Source: Kiritimatiellia bacterium
GTDB taxonomy: Bacteria; Verrucomicrobiota; Kiritimatiellia; RFP12; UBA1067
Direction: 5' to 3'
Length of the DNA: 31,683 nucleotides
NCBI GenBank assembly: GCA_900771305.1
Contig: CAAGNL010000308.1
Coordinates: 1-31,683, forward strand
Shown: positions 1 through 8,998 of the stretch, piece after piece
Position numbering within the stretch: position 1 is the stretch's first letter
Layout of the letters: each line of letters starts with the position of its first letter
The notes under the pieces: generated by a model
The model's input: only the letters and a program-made list of their open reading frames with translations
The model's database searches: none
What the model was told of the DNA's origin: nothing
Made by a program: the position numbers and the translations under genes

Positions 1-3000
1 CGATCTCGCGGCGGCGCTCGCCGGATCGTCGGCAACCGAGTTCCCCCAGGCGTCCGTGCCGCCCGCGACGGGCGTTCCGGGCGCGTCCTTGCCGAGCGTC
101 GCAAGCGCCCACGCCTTCTTGGACACGTTCGTCACCGTGCCGCCCTCGAAGTAGGAATCGACGCGCCACGTGTACTTCGCGTCCGCCGCGAGCTCGACCG
201 CGTAGGGCGCCGCCACTTCTGTCGCCGCGTCGCCGAGCTTCACGCCCCGCTCCGCCGCGTTCAGCAGGTAGACGCGGTACGAGATGCCCGCCGCCTGCGC
301 GAAAGCGAGCGTCGCCGGGCCCGCGCACAGCACGGCCTTGTCCCACGTCGGGGCGAACGGAGCCGCCGCCGGCAGCGGCTCCCACGTGTAGGCGTCGATG
401 CCCGCCACGCCCTTCACCGCCACGGTTTTCTTGCCCGCCGCCACGTAGGCGACGCAGTTCGTCGCCTCGCCGGTCACCTGGTACGTGAACCGCCCCGGGC
501 CGTCGAGTGTGAAGGTGAGGTCCGCCGGGGCAGGCGACGCGAAGAACGAGCCGTCCGCCGCGACGAACCAGGTGCCGGCCTTCCCCTCCCTGATCGCCAC
601 GCCGCCGTTCTTCGGCAGCGTTTTCGCGAAGTCGGCCATCGCGGACGCGAACTTCTCGTTAAGGATGTTCACCGTGACCGACGCCGCCGCGAGCGTGGGC
701 CGCGCGTAGGCCGTCCCGTCCGCGTCCTTTCCGGTCTTCGCGGCGAGCTTGACGGTGAACGTCTTCTTCGCCGTGTGGTCGCCCGCCACGGTCTTCGTCT
801 GGATCGTCAGCGTCTTCGCCCCCGTCTCGCCGTCCGCCCACGTGAACGTCTCCGCCGTCTCCTCGTAGTCGAGGCCCGCCGTCTTGTTGGCCGTCCCCTT
901 GACGGTCGTCGCCGTCACGGCGATGAGGCCGTCCGCGCCGCCCATGCGCTCCAGCGTGAGCGTCACCGGCTCGCCGGCCTTCACGTTGACCACCGGCCTC
1001 TTCGGCGTGTCCGTATCCGCGAGCTGCACCGTGCCCGGCGCCGCCTTCGCGGCGGACGTCACGGTGATCGTCGCCGTGTCAAGCGTCGCGCCCGTCTTCG
1101 CGTCCACGGGGAACGCGGCCACGTACTCGCCGGACGGCCTGAAGTCGTCGTCGTCCTCCGGGATCGCGGAGAGGACGAGCTTCACCGTGCGGTCGGCGTG
1201 CCACGCCGCGTCCGGCACGAGGCGTACGCGCACCGTCTTCGCCTTGTTGTCGCCGTCCGCCCATTCGAGGACGCCGTTCGTCGGGTAGTAGTAGGTGTCG
1301 GCGCGGTCGTTCTGCGCGCCCTCCGTGCGGAAGGCGACGCGCACGCGCCCATCCTTGCCGGTGCGCGACACCGAGATGTCCGCGTAGCCCGCCGAATCCT
1401 TCACGGCAAGCGCGGTCTTCGCGAGCTTGACGACGCCGGGCGTCGCCATCGAGGCGGTCAGCGTGTAGGCACTGTCCTCCGGGTTCTTCTCGTCGGCCTG
1501 CGCCACGCGCACGTAGTAGGTCCCCTTCGCCGCGCAGACCTGCACGGCCTTCGCCTCGTCGCGCTCCAGGACGTAGGCGCAGGCGTTCGTCCAGTTGCCC
1601 GGGCCGAACACCGCCATCCGCGGCGCGCCCTCCACGCCGGAGAGTTCGAAGCGGTAGTAGCTGCCCTCGGCGCCCGTGAACGTAAACCAGTCCACATCGT
1701 CCGCCGCGCCGTTCTCGCCCTTCCAGAGCGAACGGGCGGTCTCGACCGGCCTCGCCGCCGTCGGCGCGAGCTTCGTGGGGGCGTAGGTGCGGTTGAGCGT
1801 GGGATGCTTCGCCTTCGCGTCCGGGCAGTCGTCGAGCGGGTCGGCCGTGTCGGTGTACTTGTAGACCGCGGCGACGCTCGGCGCCGTCCCGGCCTCCACG
1901 TGCACCGTGGCGTAGCCCTTGGCGTCCGGCTTCGCGAACTCCTTCACCTCGCGCGCCACGAGCGTGTAGTCGCCCGCCGGCACGAGCGCGGCCGCCCCGG
2001 CCGCGTAGAACGGCTCCTTGGTGGGCGTGACGCCCGGCCCGGAGAGGATCTTCCAGCCCATCAGGTCCGTGGAGGCGCCCTTCATCGGCGCCTGGAGGAT
2101 GCCGAGCGCGCCGCTTGCCGAGGTGGCCGTCGCGACGAGCGCATAGGGGCCGAAGGGGAGGCCCTGGCCGCTGCCGTAGGCGAGGGGCCTGTCCGCCACG
2201 GTGACGTCGAGGTAGACGTTGCCGTGCGCGGTCGGCGTGAAGGAGAGCCACCCCTCGGCCGCCGGGTCGAGGTCGCCGCCGAGGGTGTTCGCCTTTTCCG
2301 TGAGCGGGACCTTGCGCGTCCCGTTGAGCGTGTAGACCTCGGCCGCGAGCGCGTTGCCGTTCGCCGCACCGCCGTCGGCGAACTGCGCCTTCACGTGGTA
2401 CGTCACGCCGGCGCGCGCCGCGAGGACGAAGGTGTTGACCCATTCGGCTTCGCCCAGCGTCCGCGCCGCGCTCGGCACGGTGCCCTCGGCCGTGCGCGGG
2501 TCGCCTTCCGCGGCGGCGGGCACGGCCGCAAGCGGCGTCGTCGGGTTCGCCAGCGCGACGGCCGCCGCGCGCAGTGTCACGGAGCAGGCCTCATCAGGCT
2601 CCGCGTCCTCCGCGAGCTTCTGGCACACGCCCACGTAGAGGGCGCTGTTCGCCGCGTAGTTCGCCGTCGCCGTCCAGGCGAGCAGGATGTCCTGCGTGTC
2701 GTCCGCCCTGCGGACGTTCTCCGCGAGGATGGTTCCCGTCGCGTCGTAGAGGCGCGCGAGCAGGTCGCAGGAGGCGCCGTCCGTCGCGAAGACGAGCGCG
2801 TCGCCCTTCTTGTAGCCCGTGATGCGGAAGAGCCGTTCGTCGATGACGCCGTCCCATGCGCCGCTCTCGGGATCGTTCTCGCGCCCGGGCGTGAATTCGA
2901 CGGTGGTCTCGCCGACGGCGAGGTCGGTAAAGGAATGATTGGCCGGCGTGCGGGCCGGCAGCACGGCGTGGCAGAGGGCGAAGTCCTGTTCCCCCTTCAC

Positions 3001-3810
3001 CGTCATCACGGCAGGGCCGTCGACGGGCGAAACGAACGTGAACGCCGTCGCGCAGTCCGACCAGTCCGTGTAGGCCTTCGCATCCGCGAAGAGGTTCGTC
3101 GCGACGCCGCCCACCGTCGCCGTGCAGGCGACGGCCGCCGCGTCCAGCACGTCCGCGCCAAGGTAGTAGCGCCGACCCTTCTTGAGCGTCAGATTGACGG
3201 TGTAGGTGTCAAACTCATACTCCTCCGGCGCGTCGAAGGAGCAGTCCAGCTTGCCGCATTTCCCCATCGGGTCGGACGTCTCCTTTAGGGTGAGTGTCTT
3301 CGGGTTGTCGGGGTGTCCGCTTGGAATGGTGGGCTTCTGCTCGCCGGGGAAGGCGTCGCGCCCCTTCGCATGGCCGAACGTGAAGGTGTTGTTCGCCTTC
3401 ACCTCCTCGTCGTAGAAGCCGTCCACCGTGACGGTGAACTTGACGCTCGTGACGCTCGTCGGCACGTATTCCCAGTCGTCGGACGTGAGGAGGCAGTAGA
3501 GGCCGGTGAGAGTGCCCTCGCCGTCGTAGGTCTCCGTCGATTCGCCCGCGAAAATGAAATCTTCGACCGTCTCACCGTCCTCCTGGTAGGAGTATTCGGC
3601 TTCCACGCTGAGGGAATAGACCGCCGTCTCGGCGCTCAGATCCGTCACCCAGAACGTATGCTCCTCGCCGCGCGTGACCGTGACGGTCGTCGTCCAGGCG
3701 CTGTCATCGCCGCTCTTCAGCGACGCCGCGAAGGCTCCGCCCGTCGTCAGCCCTGCGGCGACCAGCGCGCACGCCGCCCACCGCGTCCAACCGTTTCCTG
3801 TTCGTGTCAT
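1..3810 (-). CDS. Large secreted/surface protein (>1270 aa, 3' end outside window) with a PPC-like domain and two Calx-beta-like domains
   Basis: Not in the ORF track because it runs off the edge; read by hand at both ends and over several internal stretches. ATG at 3810 follows GAGAGGAGAG. N-terminus MTRTGNGWTRWAACALVAAGLTTGGAFAASLK looks like a signal peptide. DDVDWFTFTGAEGSYYRFEL...KGTYYVRV (~1500-1700) is PPC-like. PGVVKLAKTALAVKDSAGYADISVSRTGKDGRVRV...LEWADGDNKAKTVRV and PGTVQL...VTLTLERMGGADG...FTWADGETGAKTLTI (~650-1445) are Calx-beta-like. The same frame reads sensibly down to position 1. Confidence 0.88.
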   Translation of the reverse strand, partial: MTRTGNGWTRWAACALVAAGLTTGGAFAASLKSGDDSAWTTTVTVTRGEEHTFWVTDLSAETAVYSLSVEAEYSYQEDGETVEDFIFAGESTETYDGEGTLTGLYCLLTSDDWEYVPTSVTSVKFTVTVDGFYDEEVKANNTFTFGHAKGRDAFPGEQKPTIPSGHPDNPKTLTLKETSDPMGKCGKLDCSFDAPEEYEFDTYTVNLTLKKGRRYYLGADVLDAAAVACTATVGGVATNLFADAKAYTDWSDCATAFTFVSPVDGPAVMTVKGEQDFALCHAVLPARTPANHSFTDLAVGETTVEFTPGRENDPESGAWDGVIDERLFRITGYKKGDALVFATDGASCDLLARLYDATGTILAENVRRADDTQDILLAWTATANYAANSALYVGVCQKLAEDAEPDEACSVTLRAAAVALANPTTPLAAVPAAAEGDPRTAEGTVPSAARTLGEAEWVNTFVLAARAGVTYHVKAQFADGGAANGNALAAEVYTLNGTRKVPLTEKANTLGGDLDPAAEGWLSFTPTAHGNVYLDVTVADRPLAYGSGQGLPFGPYALVATATSASGALGILQAPMKGASTDLMGWKILSGPGVTPTKEPFYAAGAAALVPAGDYTLVAREVKEFAKPDAKGYATVHVEAGTAPSVAAVYKYTDTADPLDDCPDAKAKHPTLNRTYAPTKLAPTAARPVETARSLWKGENGAADDVDWFTFTGAEGSYYRFELSGVEGAPRMAVFGPGNWTNACAYVLERDEAKAVQVCAAKGTYYVRVAQADEKNPEDSAYTLTASMATPGVVKLAKTALAVKDSAGYADISVSRTGKDGRVRVAFRTEGAQNDRADTYYYPTNGVLEWADGDNKAKTVRVRLVPDAAWHADRTVKLVLSAIPEDDDDFRPSGEYVAAFPVDAKTGATLDTATITVTSAAKAAPGTVQLADTDTPKRPVVNVKAGEPVTLTLERMGGADGLIAVTATTVKGTANKTAGLDYEETAETFTWADGETGAKTLTIQTKTVAGDHTAKKTFTVKLAAKTGKDADGTAYARPTLAAASVTVNILNEKFASAMADFAKTLPKNGGVAIREGKAGTWFVAADGSFFASPAPADLTFTLDGPGRFTYQVTGEATNCVAYVAAGKKTVAVKGVAGIDAYTWEPLPAAAPFAPTWDKAVLCAGPATLAFAQAAGISYRVYLLNAAERGVKLGDAATEVAAPYAVELAADAKYTWRVDSYFEGGTVTNVSKKAWALATLGKDAPGTPVAGGTDAWGNSVADDPASAAARS

Positions 3811-3982
3811 CTTGTTCTCTCCTCTCGATCTGTTAAATTCAAAAACCGTCAAAGGGGCGTTCCGGGACGGCGCAAAGGCCGTTCGGTGGCGGCGGCGCGC
3901 CGAGGACGTCGCGCCCTACTATGACACCGCCCGATCCATCGCCCATGCCATGCTTCCGCTACGACACCTCGGCTTCTCGGCT

Positions 3983-6900
3983 TCACTCGCCCAGTGAGTC
4001 GCCCACGCGCACCGTCTTGCTCACCGTCTTGCCGTCGTCGCGTTCAGCATCCAGCACCTCGTTCCACCAACAGGCGCCGAAGCGCGCGAAGTCCCCCTCG
4101 CCCCATGGGATGAGGACGCCGCGTGCCGTGCGCGGCTCGAGGCGGCCCGTTTCGGCGTCCCTGACGCGCAACGCCCCCTGCACGACGCCCGACGTGCGGT
4201 TCAGCCTCAGGCGCGTCGAAGCAACAGCCTCGCCGTCCGCGCCCGGCGCCTGCACGTCAAGCGGCAGCTCCGCGTCCTTCCCCTTGTCCGGCGCCGTCCA
4301 GCGCGCGCCAACGCAAATGAGCGCCGGGTCGTAGGAAAGCGAAGCGAAGTTCCGCTCGCGGTGGGCCCAGAACGGCTCCGTGCCCTCGGCCGCCACCACC
4401 TCGCCCTCCTTCGCGATGTCCAGCACCGACGCAAAGGCGTCCGTCGCCGACGCCGCCAGAACCGGCAACATCGCCCCCTCCATTGTCTCCTCTCCCGACG
4501 TCTCCGAGCACGATGTACCCGCGCCGCCTCGGCGCGTGGCGTCGAACAGCGTCGCCGAACCGCTGAACGTCCGCCCGTTCGGCAGCACGCCCGCGAACGT
4601 CGTCCGTCCCGTCCGCGCCGCGCCCGCCGCCAAACGGAACGTGAGCGTCGCCGCGCCGGAACAGAGAGGGGACGTCCCACCCGCGAACGTCTCGACCCCA
4701 TTGGTCGGGAACGCCGCGACATACGTGCCGACGTAATCCGTCGCCGGATGGTCCTTCGACCAGGCCGCCGCGTCGGCCTCCACCGTGCCGAAGGCCACCT
4801 CCACGCCGTTCGACGCGATCGCCACGTCCAGGCCCCCCGTCGCAAAGAGCGTCGCCGTGAACGTGTTCGTCACGCCCGCCACCACGCGCGTCGCGGCAAG
4901 CCCGACGTCGCCGCTCGCCTCGTCAATCCCCGCGAAGCCCGCCGCGCTGAACGACACCGTCTTCCCCTCGACCGTCCGCCACTTCGCGCTCGTGCGTCCC
5001 TTCGGCGACACGGTGAGGTCGAGAAGCCCCCGGAGGCGCGCGGGTTCCCCGGCATCCACGGCCTTCTCAAGGAGCGCAAGCCCCGTCCAGACCGTCATCG
5101 CCTTCGCCCCGTCCCCGGCGAAGTTCGCGTTCACGTCCGCCAGCGCCCGAATCGTGATGTGCAGGGTGACGGGGAACGTCCAGACGGTCTTATCGCCGAC
5201 CTTCGCGTTGGCCCAGTAGACGAGCGTGACGCCATTCGTCGGTGTCGCCACCGTCGGCGTGCCGACGACGACGAGCCGACGGTCTGCCTTGTCGAGCGTG
5301 GCCTTCAGCCCCGCCGGAACGGCGCCGGAGATCTTCTGGAGGCTGACGAGTTCAACGCTTTCGTCCGCCAACGCGACGGAATGCTCGAAGGCCGTGTACT
5401 GGACGCCCGTGCAGTCCGTCGACGCCTCATCGTCCCACGACGGCGACGTTTCGGGCAGCACGCGGATCGTCACACGGTTCTCGCCCTTGGCGACGGGGAT
5501 GCCCGCACCCTCCAAGGTCAACACGAGGTCAAGGTACTTCGCCGTCCCCGTCACCGGCGGCAGGCAGACCTCGAACGTCTTGTTGGTCTCGGACGACTTC
5601 TCAAACCACTGCCGTCCGGCGTCGGGCGACACGTCGACATCCGCCTTGGAGGCGACAATCCGCCCCGTCACGTTCGAGCACGATCCGCCACGCCGCGTAA
5701 CCACCACCGTGATGAGCGAACCGGCGCGGGCGTAGAGCCGCCCGTCCCCCGCCGCGCGGAGGTCGTCGCCCGTCACGTCCGCAAGGGCGAGTTCGCCGAC
5801 GGACTCCACCTCGTCGTCGCGGTAATTGAGCGTAAAGGCGGTCTTCCCGGCTTCAGCAGCCACGGGCGCATCGTCGGGAACCGTCAACGTAAATGGCAAC
5901 GCGGTCTGCCCATGCCAGATGCCGTCATCGACAAGGCCGACTTTCACCGTCTTGTCGCCGCTTTCAAGATCGTCCCATGCCACCGTCTGGTCGCCGTTCC
6001 AGACATAGCGCGCGCGTTCCCCTTTGGGAATCTTGGCTTCGTCAAGCGAGACCGTGCAGGACGCCGCGCCCGTGTAGCCCCTGCGCGCGACGACGATGCT
6101 GAAGGCATTGGTCGTGCCCTCCGTCACCTCGGCCTCCGTCACCTTGAAGCCGACCGTTCCGGGGCACGGCGGCGCATGCGTCGCCCCCACCTCGTAGGCC
6201 ACCGTCCCCGACAGGGTGTTCGTCGTGAAGACCTTCACGAACACGGCATCGTCCGCCTTGAAGACCCACACGCGGTTGGTCGCGTCCGCCGCGTCGAAGG
6301 TCGGCGGAATCTCCATGCCCGCCTCGTCGCAGACGGAGAATGAGAGGACGTCGGCCGTGTCCGTCTTGTTCGTGTTCGTGAGCGTGAACGCCACGGCCGT
6401 GTTCGCGTAGGTGCCCGTCAGCCTGAAGACATCCACGGTGTCCAGGGCCGAGAGCGTCTGGTTGGTCACCGTGTTGAACGCCAGTTCGAGCGGCGTCGTG
6501 GCCGGATCGTCGTTCAGGTTCTCCGTGGGGTCGTTCTTGGCGAGGTCGATCGCCCCGGAGAGCGCGGCAAGCGCATCGGCGACATTGGCGAAGCGCGCAG
6601 GATCCGTCGTCGACCAGACGATCTGCCCCGTCGCTTTCTGCACGCCGTTCTCATACACCTTCTCTCCATCCTCCGTCGTTCCGTCCGGGCGGATCAACTC
6701 GACCTTGAACGTGTCGCCCTCGGAGGACCATGCCCCGTTCTCCTTCTCCGAAAGGCCGTTGCGCGAGAGGAAGCGCGTGCCGCGCATGCCGTTCGCCGCC
6801 TGGGCGTGTGTGAAGAGCGAGGCGCCCGTCGCCGCGTCGCGCTGGTCGATCACCGTGCAGACGACCTTGCTCACGGCGCACCAATCCTTGAATTCCTTTG

Positions 6901-8920
6901 AATCAAAGGTGTCCGCCAACGCACGTACGCGCGCGTCCCAGACGAGACCGCCCGTCACGCGCAGCTGGAACGCCTGGATGTCCTCGCCCGCGCGCTGGTC
7001 GCGCGTGACGGCATAGGAGTTGGTCGTCAGGGTGTAGGTGAACGGACATCTCGCCACGGCGGGGTCGTCGGCGGAGGTTGCGCCGTTTTCGCCCCCGAAG
7101 ACGAGATAGGTCGTGTTCGTGACGGCACAGGTCACGACATTCGTCTGCGTGGCATTCTTGGCGATGTACGCAGCGGTGGTCCCGTCAACGAGATTCGTCG
7201 TGAAGGCCGGATCGGTCCAGACATGTTCGTGGCGCTGCTCAACGGGAGCGTCCCCGCCGTCCGGGTCGCGTGCCGCCTCGGAGCCGACGCGCACCGCCTC
7301 CAGCGTGCGCGAGGCCGTCAGAACCGTGACGGAGAACGCGACGGGCGTGGCATTGGTGGAGGCCGTGTCCGCCGGGTGTTCGCCGTCGGCAAGCGCCGAG
7401 ACGACATTCGTGGCCGGGAGTGCGACCGCGACGGCGAACGGGAACGCAACGGCATGCGTCGTGCCGAGGACGCCGAACACGCCGCGCAGCTCGTTCGTCG
7501 CCTCGATCGTTGTCGTGGCGGTGAACGTCTCCACCGGCTTCAGGGCCTCTTCCCCGGCGACGAAGTTGGTGATGGTGACCGTGTCGAGGGCGACGGTCCG
7601 CGTCTGCGGACGGAGGGCGCCGCCGCCCTTCGCCACCGCATTCGTCCAGGCGACAAGGTCGTTTGTGGCGCAGAGCGTGTTGCCGGCATCCACGTAGACG
7701 GAACCCCGCGCGACGAGATTCGTCAGCTCCGTCCAGGACGCCGCGTCGAAGGACGCGAACACGGAGAGGTCGTTCGTCGTGACGACCGTCAGGCGATTCG
7801 TCACGTCAAACGACGCCGAAGCCTCATGCGAAATGGGGGTCGGCGTGTCATGGGTCACAAAGTGCCCGTTGGCTTCGGAAACGGCGCCCGGCAGCCGGCC
7901 CGCCGCCGCGCCTTCGAGGAGCGTCCACGCGCCCCAGGCGGCGTCGGACGCCGAGGCGAGGGGGGCCGCGTCGAGCGACGGAAGGAGGAGCGCGTTCGTG
8001 GCGGCGACGCACGTGATGAAGTTCGTCGCGACGGAGACGCCGTTCGTGCTGAGGAGTTCAAGGCGGATGCGCGCGCCCATGCCGCCCCATCCCGCCGGCG
8101 GCCGTGCCACGGGAACCTCCACACCCCGGGCGTTCGCCCCCCAGGCGACGTCGTTCGTCACCGCCGTGTTGTCCGGGAACGTGGCGACGAGCCGGTTCGT
8201 CTCGACACGCGCGAAATCGTTCGTGCGCGTGAACGGCACGTAGACCTGTTGCGTCTCCGGCGTCGCCTCCAGCTGCCCGTCCTCCACCGTAAACGCCGCA
8301 TTCGCCGCCGGCGGCTTGTAGAGGTGGTTGTCGTAGTCGTTGTCGAAGCGGGCAATCTGGGCGGCAATGGCCGTCCCGTATGTATCCGGCGTCATCGGCA
8401 CGGGGCCGATTGACCTAAGATACTCCGTACCATCTTCATAGACACCATACATATATACACGGTGGCAAGGATCGACGGACTCCTTGAACTTCTCCTTGAT
8501 GAAGGCACGAGCCTCTGCACATGCAACCGGAGCCGTTCCGTTGTCCTTTCCACGGAAATAGCCTGTTGTAATCTTAAGACGGCCAAACCACGTAGGCATG
8601 CCGCGTGGATTCTTGTTGACCATGTCCGCGAAGGCCGAACACGTTCCACAACTATCCTTGCCACAGATGATGACGAGGGGACGCCTGCGCGCCGCAGGGG
8701 CCGTTACACTGGGCTTGACCATGTTTGTGCTTACTAGGTCGAGGCACCATTGAAACGACTGGTCGCCTGCGCCCATGGAGGACAAATTGTAGCCGTAGGG
8801 AGCCCCCATGCCCGCTTTCGGATATCCCGACGAAAGAAATTGGTTCAATGTCGTCGCCGAGAGTGAAACAACACCACTCAGCATCAGGGCGACGAGAAAT
8901 ATTCCTCGAATGTTGACCAT
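3983..8920 (-). CDS. 1645-aa secreted multidomain protein: thioredoxin-like CxxC domain, T/N-rich region, degenerate second thioredoxin-like domain, Calx-beta-like and putative Ig domains, beta-rich C-terminal domain
   Basis: Signal peptide MVNIRGIFLVALMLSGVVSLSA. PLVIICGKDSCGTCSAF is Trx-like. PGTVGFKVTEAEVTEG...VVARRGYTGAASCTV...VAWDDLESGDKTVKVGLVDD is Calx-beta-like. SGAVPAGLKATLDKADRRLVVVGTPT is He_PIG-like. GAAGGGG RBS upstream. Confidence 0.88.
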   Translation of the reverse strand: MVNIRGIFLVALMLSGVVSLSATTLNQFLSSGYPKAGMGAPYGYNLSSMGAGDQSFQWCLDLVSTNMVKPSVTAPAARRRPLVIICGKDSCGTCSAFADMVNKNPRGMPTWFGRLKITTGYFRGKDNGTAPVACAEARAFIKEKFKESVDPCHRVYMYGVYEDGTEYLRSIGPVPMTPDTYGTAIAAQIARFDNDYDNHLYKPPAANAAFTVEDGQLEATPETQQVYVPFTRTNDFARVETNRLVATFPDNTAVTNDVAWGANARGVEVPVARPPAGWGGMGARIRLELLSTNGVSVATNFITCVAATNALLLPSLDAAPLASASDAAWGAWTLLEGAAAGRLPGAVSEANGHFVTHDTPTPISHEASASFDVTNRLTVVTTNDLSVFASFDAASWTELTNLVARGSVYVDAGNTLCATNDLVAWTNAVAKGGGALRPQTRTVALDTVTITNFVAGEEALKPVETFTATTTIEATNELRGVFGVLGTTHAVAFPFAVAVALPATNVVSALADGEHPADTASTNATPVAFSVTVLTASRTLEAVRVGSEAARDPDGGDAPVEQRHEHVWTDPAFTTNLVDGTTAAYIAKNATQTNVVTCAVTNTTYLVFGGENGATSADDPAVARCPFTYTLTTNSYAVTRDQRAGEDIQAFQLRVTGGLVWDARVRALADTFDSKEFKDWCAVSKVVCTVIDQRDAATGASLFTHAQAANGMRGTRFLSRNGLSEKENGAWSSEGDTFKVELIRPDGTTEDGEKVYENGVQKATGQIVWSTTDPARFANVADALAALSGAIDLAKNDPTENLNDDPATTPLELAFNTVTNQTLSALDTVDVFRLTGTYANTAVAFTLTNTNKTDTADVLSFSVCDEAGMEIPPTFDAADATNRVWVFKADDAVFVKVFTTNTLSGTVAYEVGATHAPPCPGTVGFKVTEAEVTEGTTNAFSIVVARRGYTGAASCTVSLDEAKIPKGERARYVWNGDQTVAWDDLESGDKTVKVGLVDDGIWHGQTALPFTLTVPDDAPVAAEAGKTAFTLNYRDDEVESVGELALADVTGDDLRAAGDGRLYARAGSLITVVVTRRGGSCSNVTGRIVASKADVDVSPDAGRQWFEKSSETNKTFEVCLPPVTGTAKYLDLVLTLEGAGIPVAKGENRVTIRVLPETSPSWDDEASTDCTGVQYTAFEHSVALADESVELVSLQKISGAVPAGLKATLDKADRRLVVVGTPTVATPTNGVTLVYWANAKVGDKTVWTFPVTLHITIRALADVNANFAGDGAKAMTVWTGLALLEKAVDAGEPARLRGLLDLTVSPKGRTSAKWRTVEGKTVSFSAAGFAGIDEASGDVGLAATRVVAGVTNTFTATLFATGGLDVAIASNGVEVAFGTVEADAAAWSKDHPATDYVGTYVAAFPTNGVETFAGGTSPLCSGAATLTFRLAAGAARTGRTTFAGVLPNGRTFSGSATLFDATRRGGAGTSCSETSGEETMEGAMLPVLAASATDAFASVLDIAKEGEVVAAEGTEPFWAHRERNFASLSYDPALICVGARWTAPDKGKDAELPLDVQAPGADGEAVASTRLRLNRTSGVVQGALRVRDAETGRLEPRTARGVLIPWGEGDFARFGACWWNEVLDAERDDGKTVSKTVRVGDSLGE

Positions 8921-8998
8921 TGAAAACCCCTTCTTCCGCTTTTGCGTTCTCTGCGTTTTTTGTGGCTAAGACATTGGGCTGTTCCCCTGCCTCATGGC

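Noticed and set aside
775..3288. 837-aa plus-strand ORF (likewise 4361-6343, 7223-8413, 10832-11674, 11551-12957, 13960-15336 and 27488-29218)
   Set aside because: R/V/G/H-rich antisense shadows of real genes on the opposite strand, expected in high-GC DNA.
3919..3968. CTA(T/C)GACACC direct repeat in the intergenic region between the two giant genes
   Set aside because: Two 10-mers with one mismatch in GC-rich DNA; too weak to call a regulatory site.
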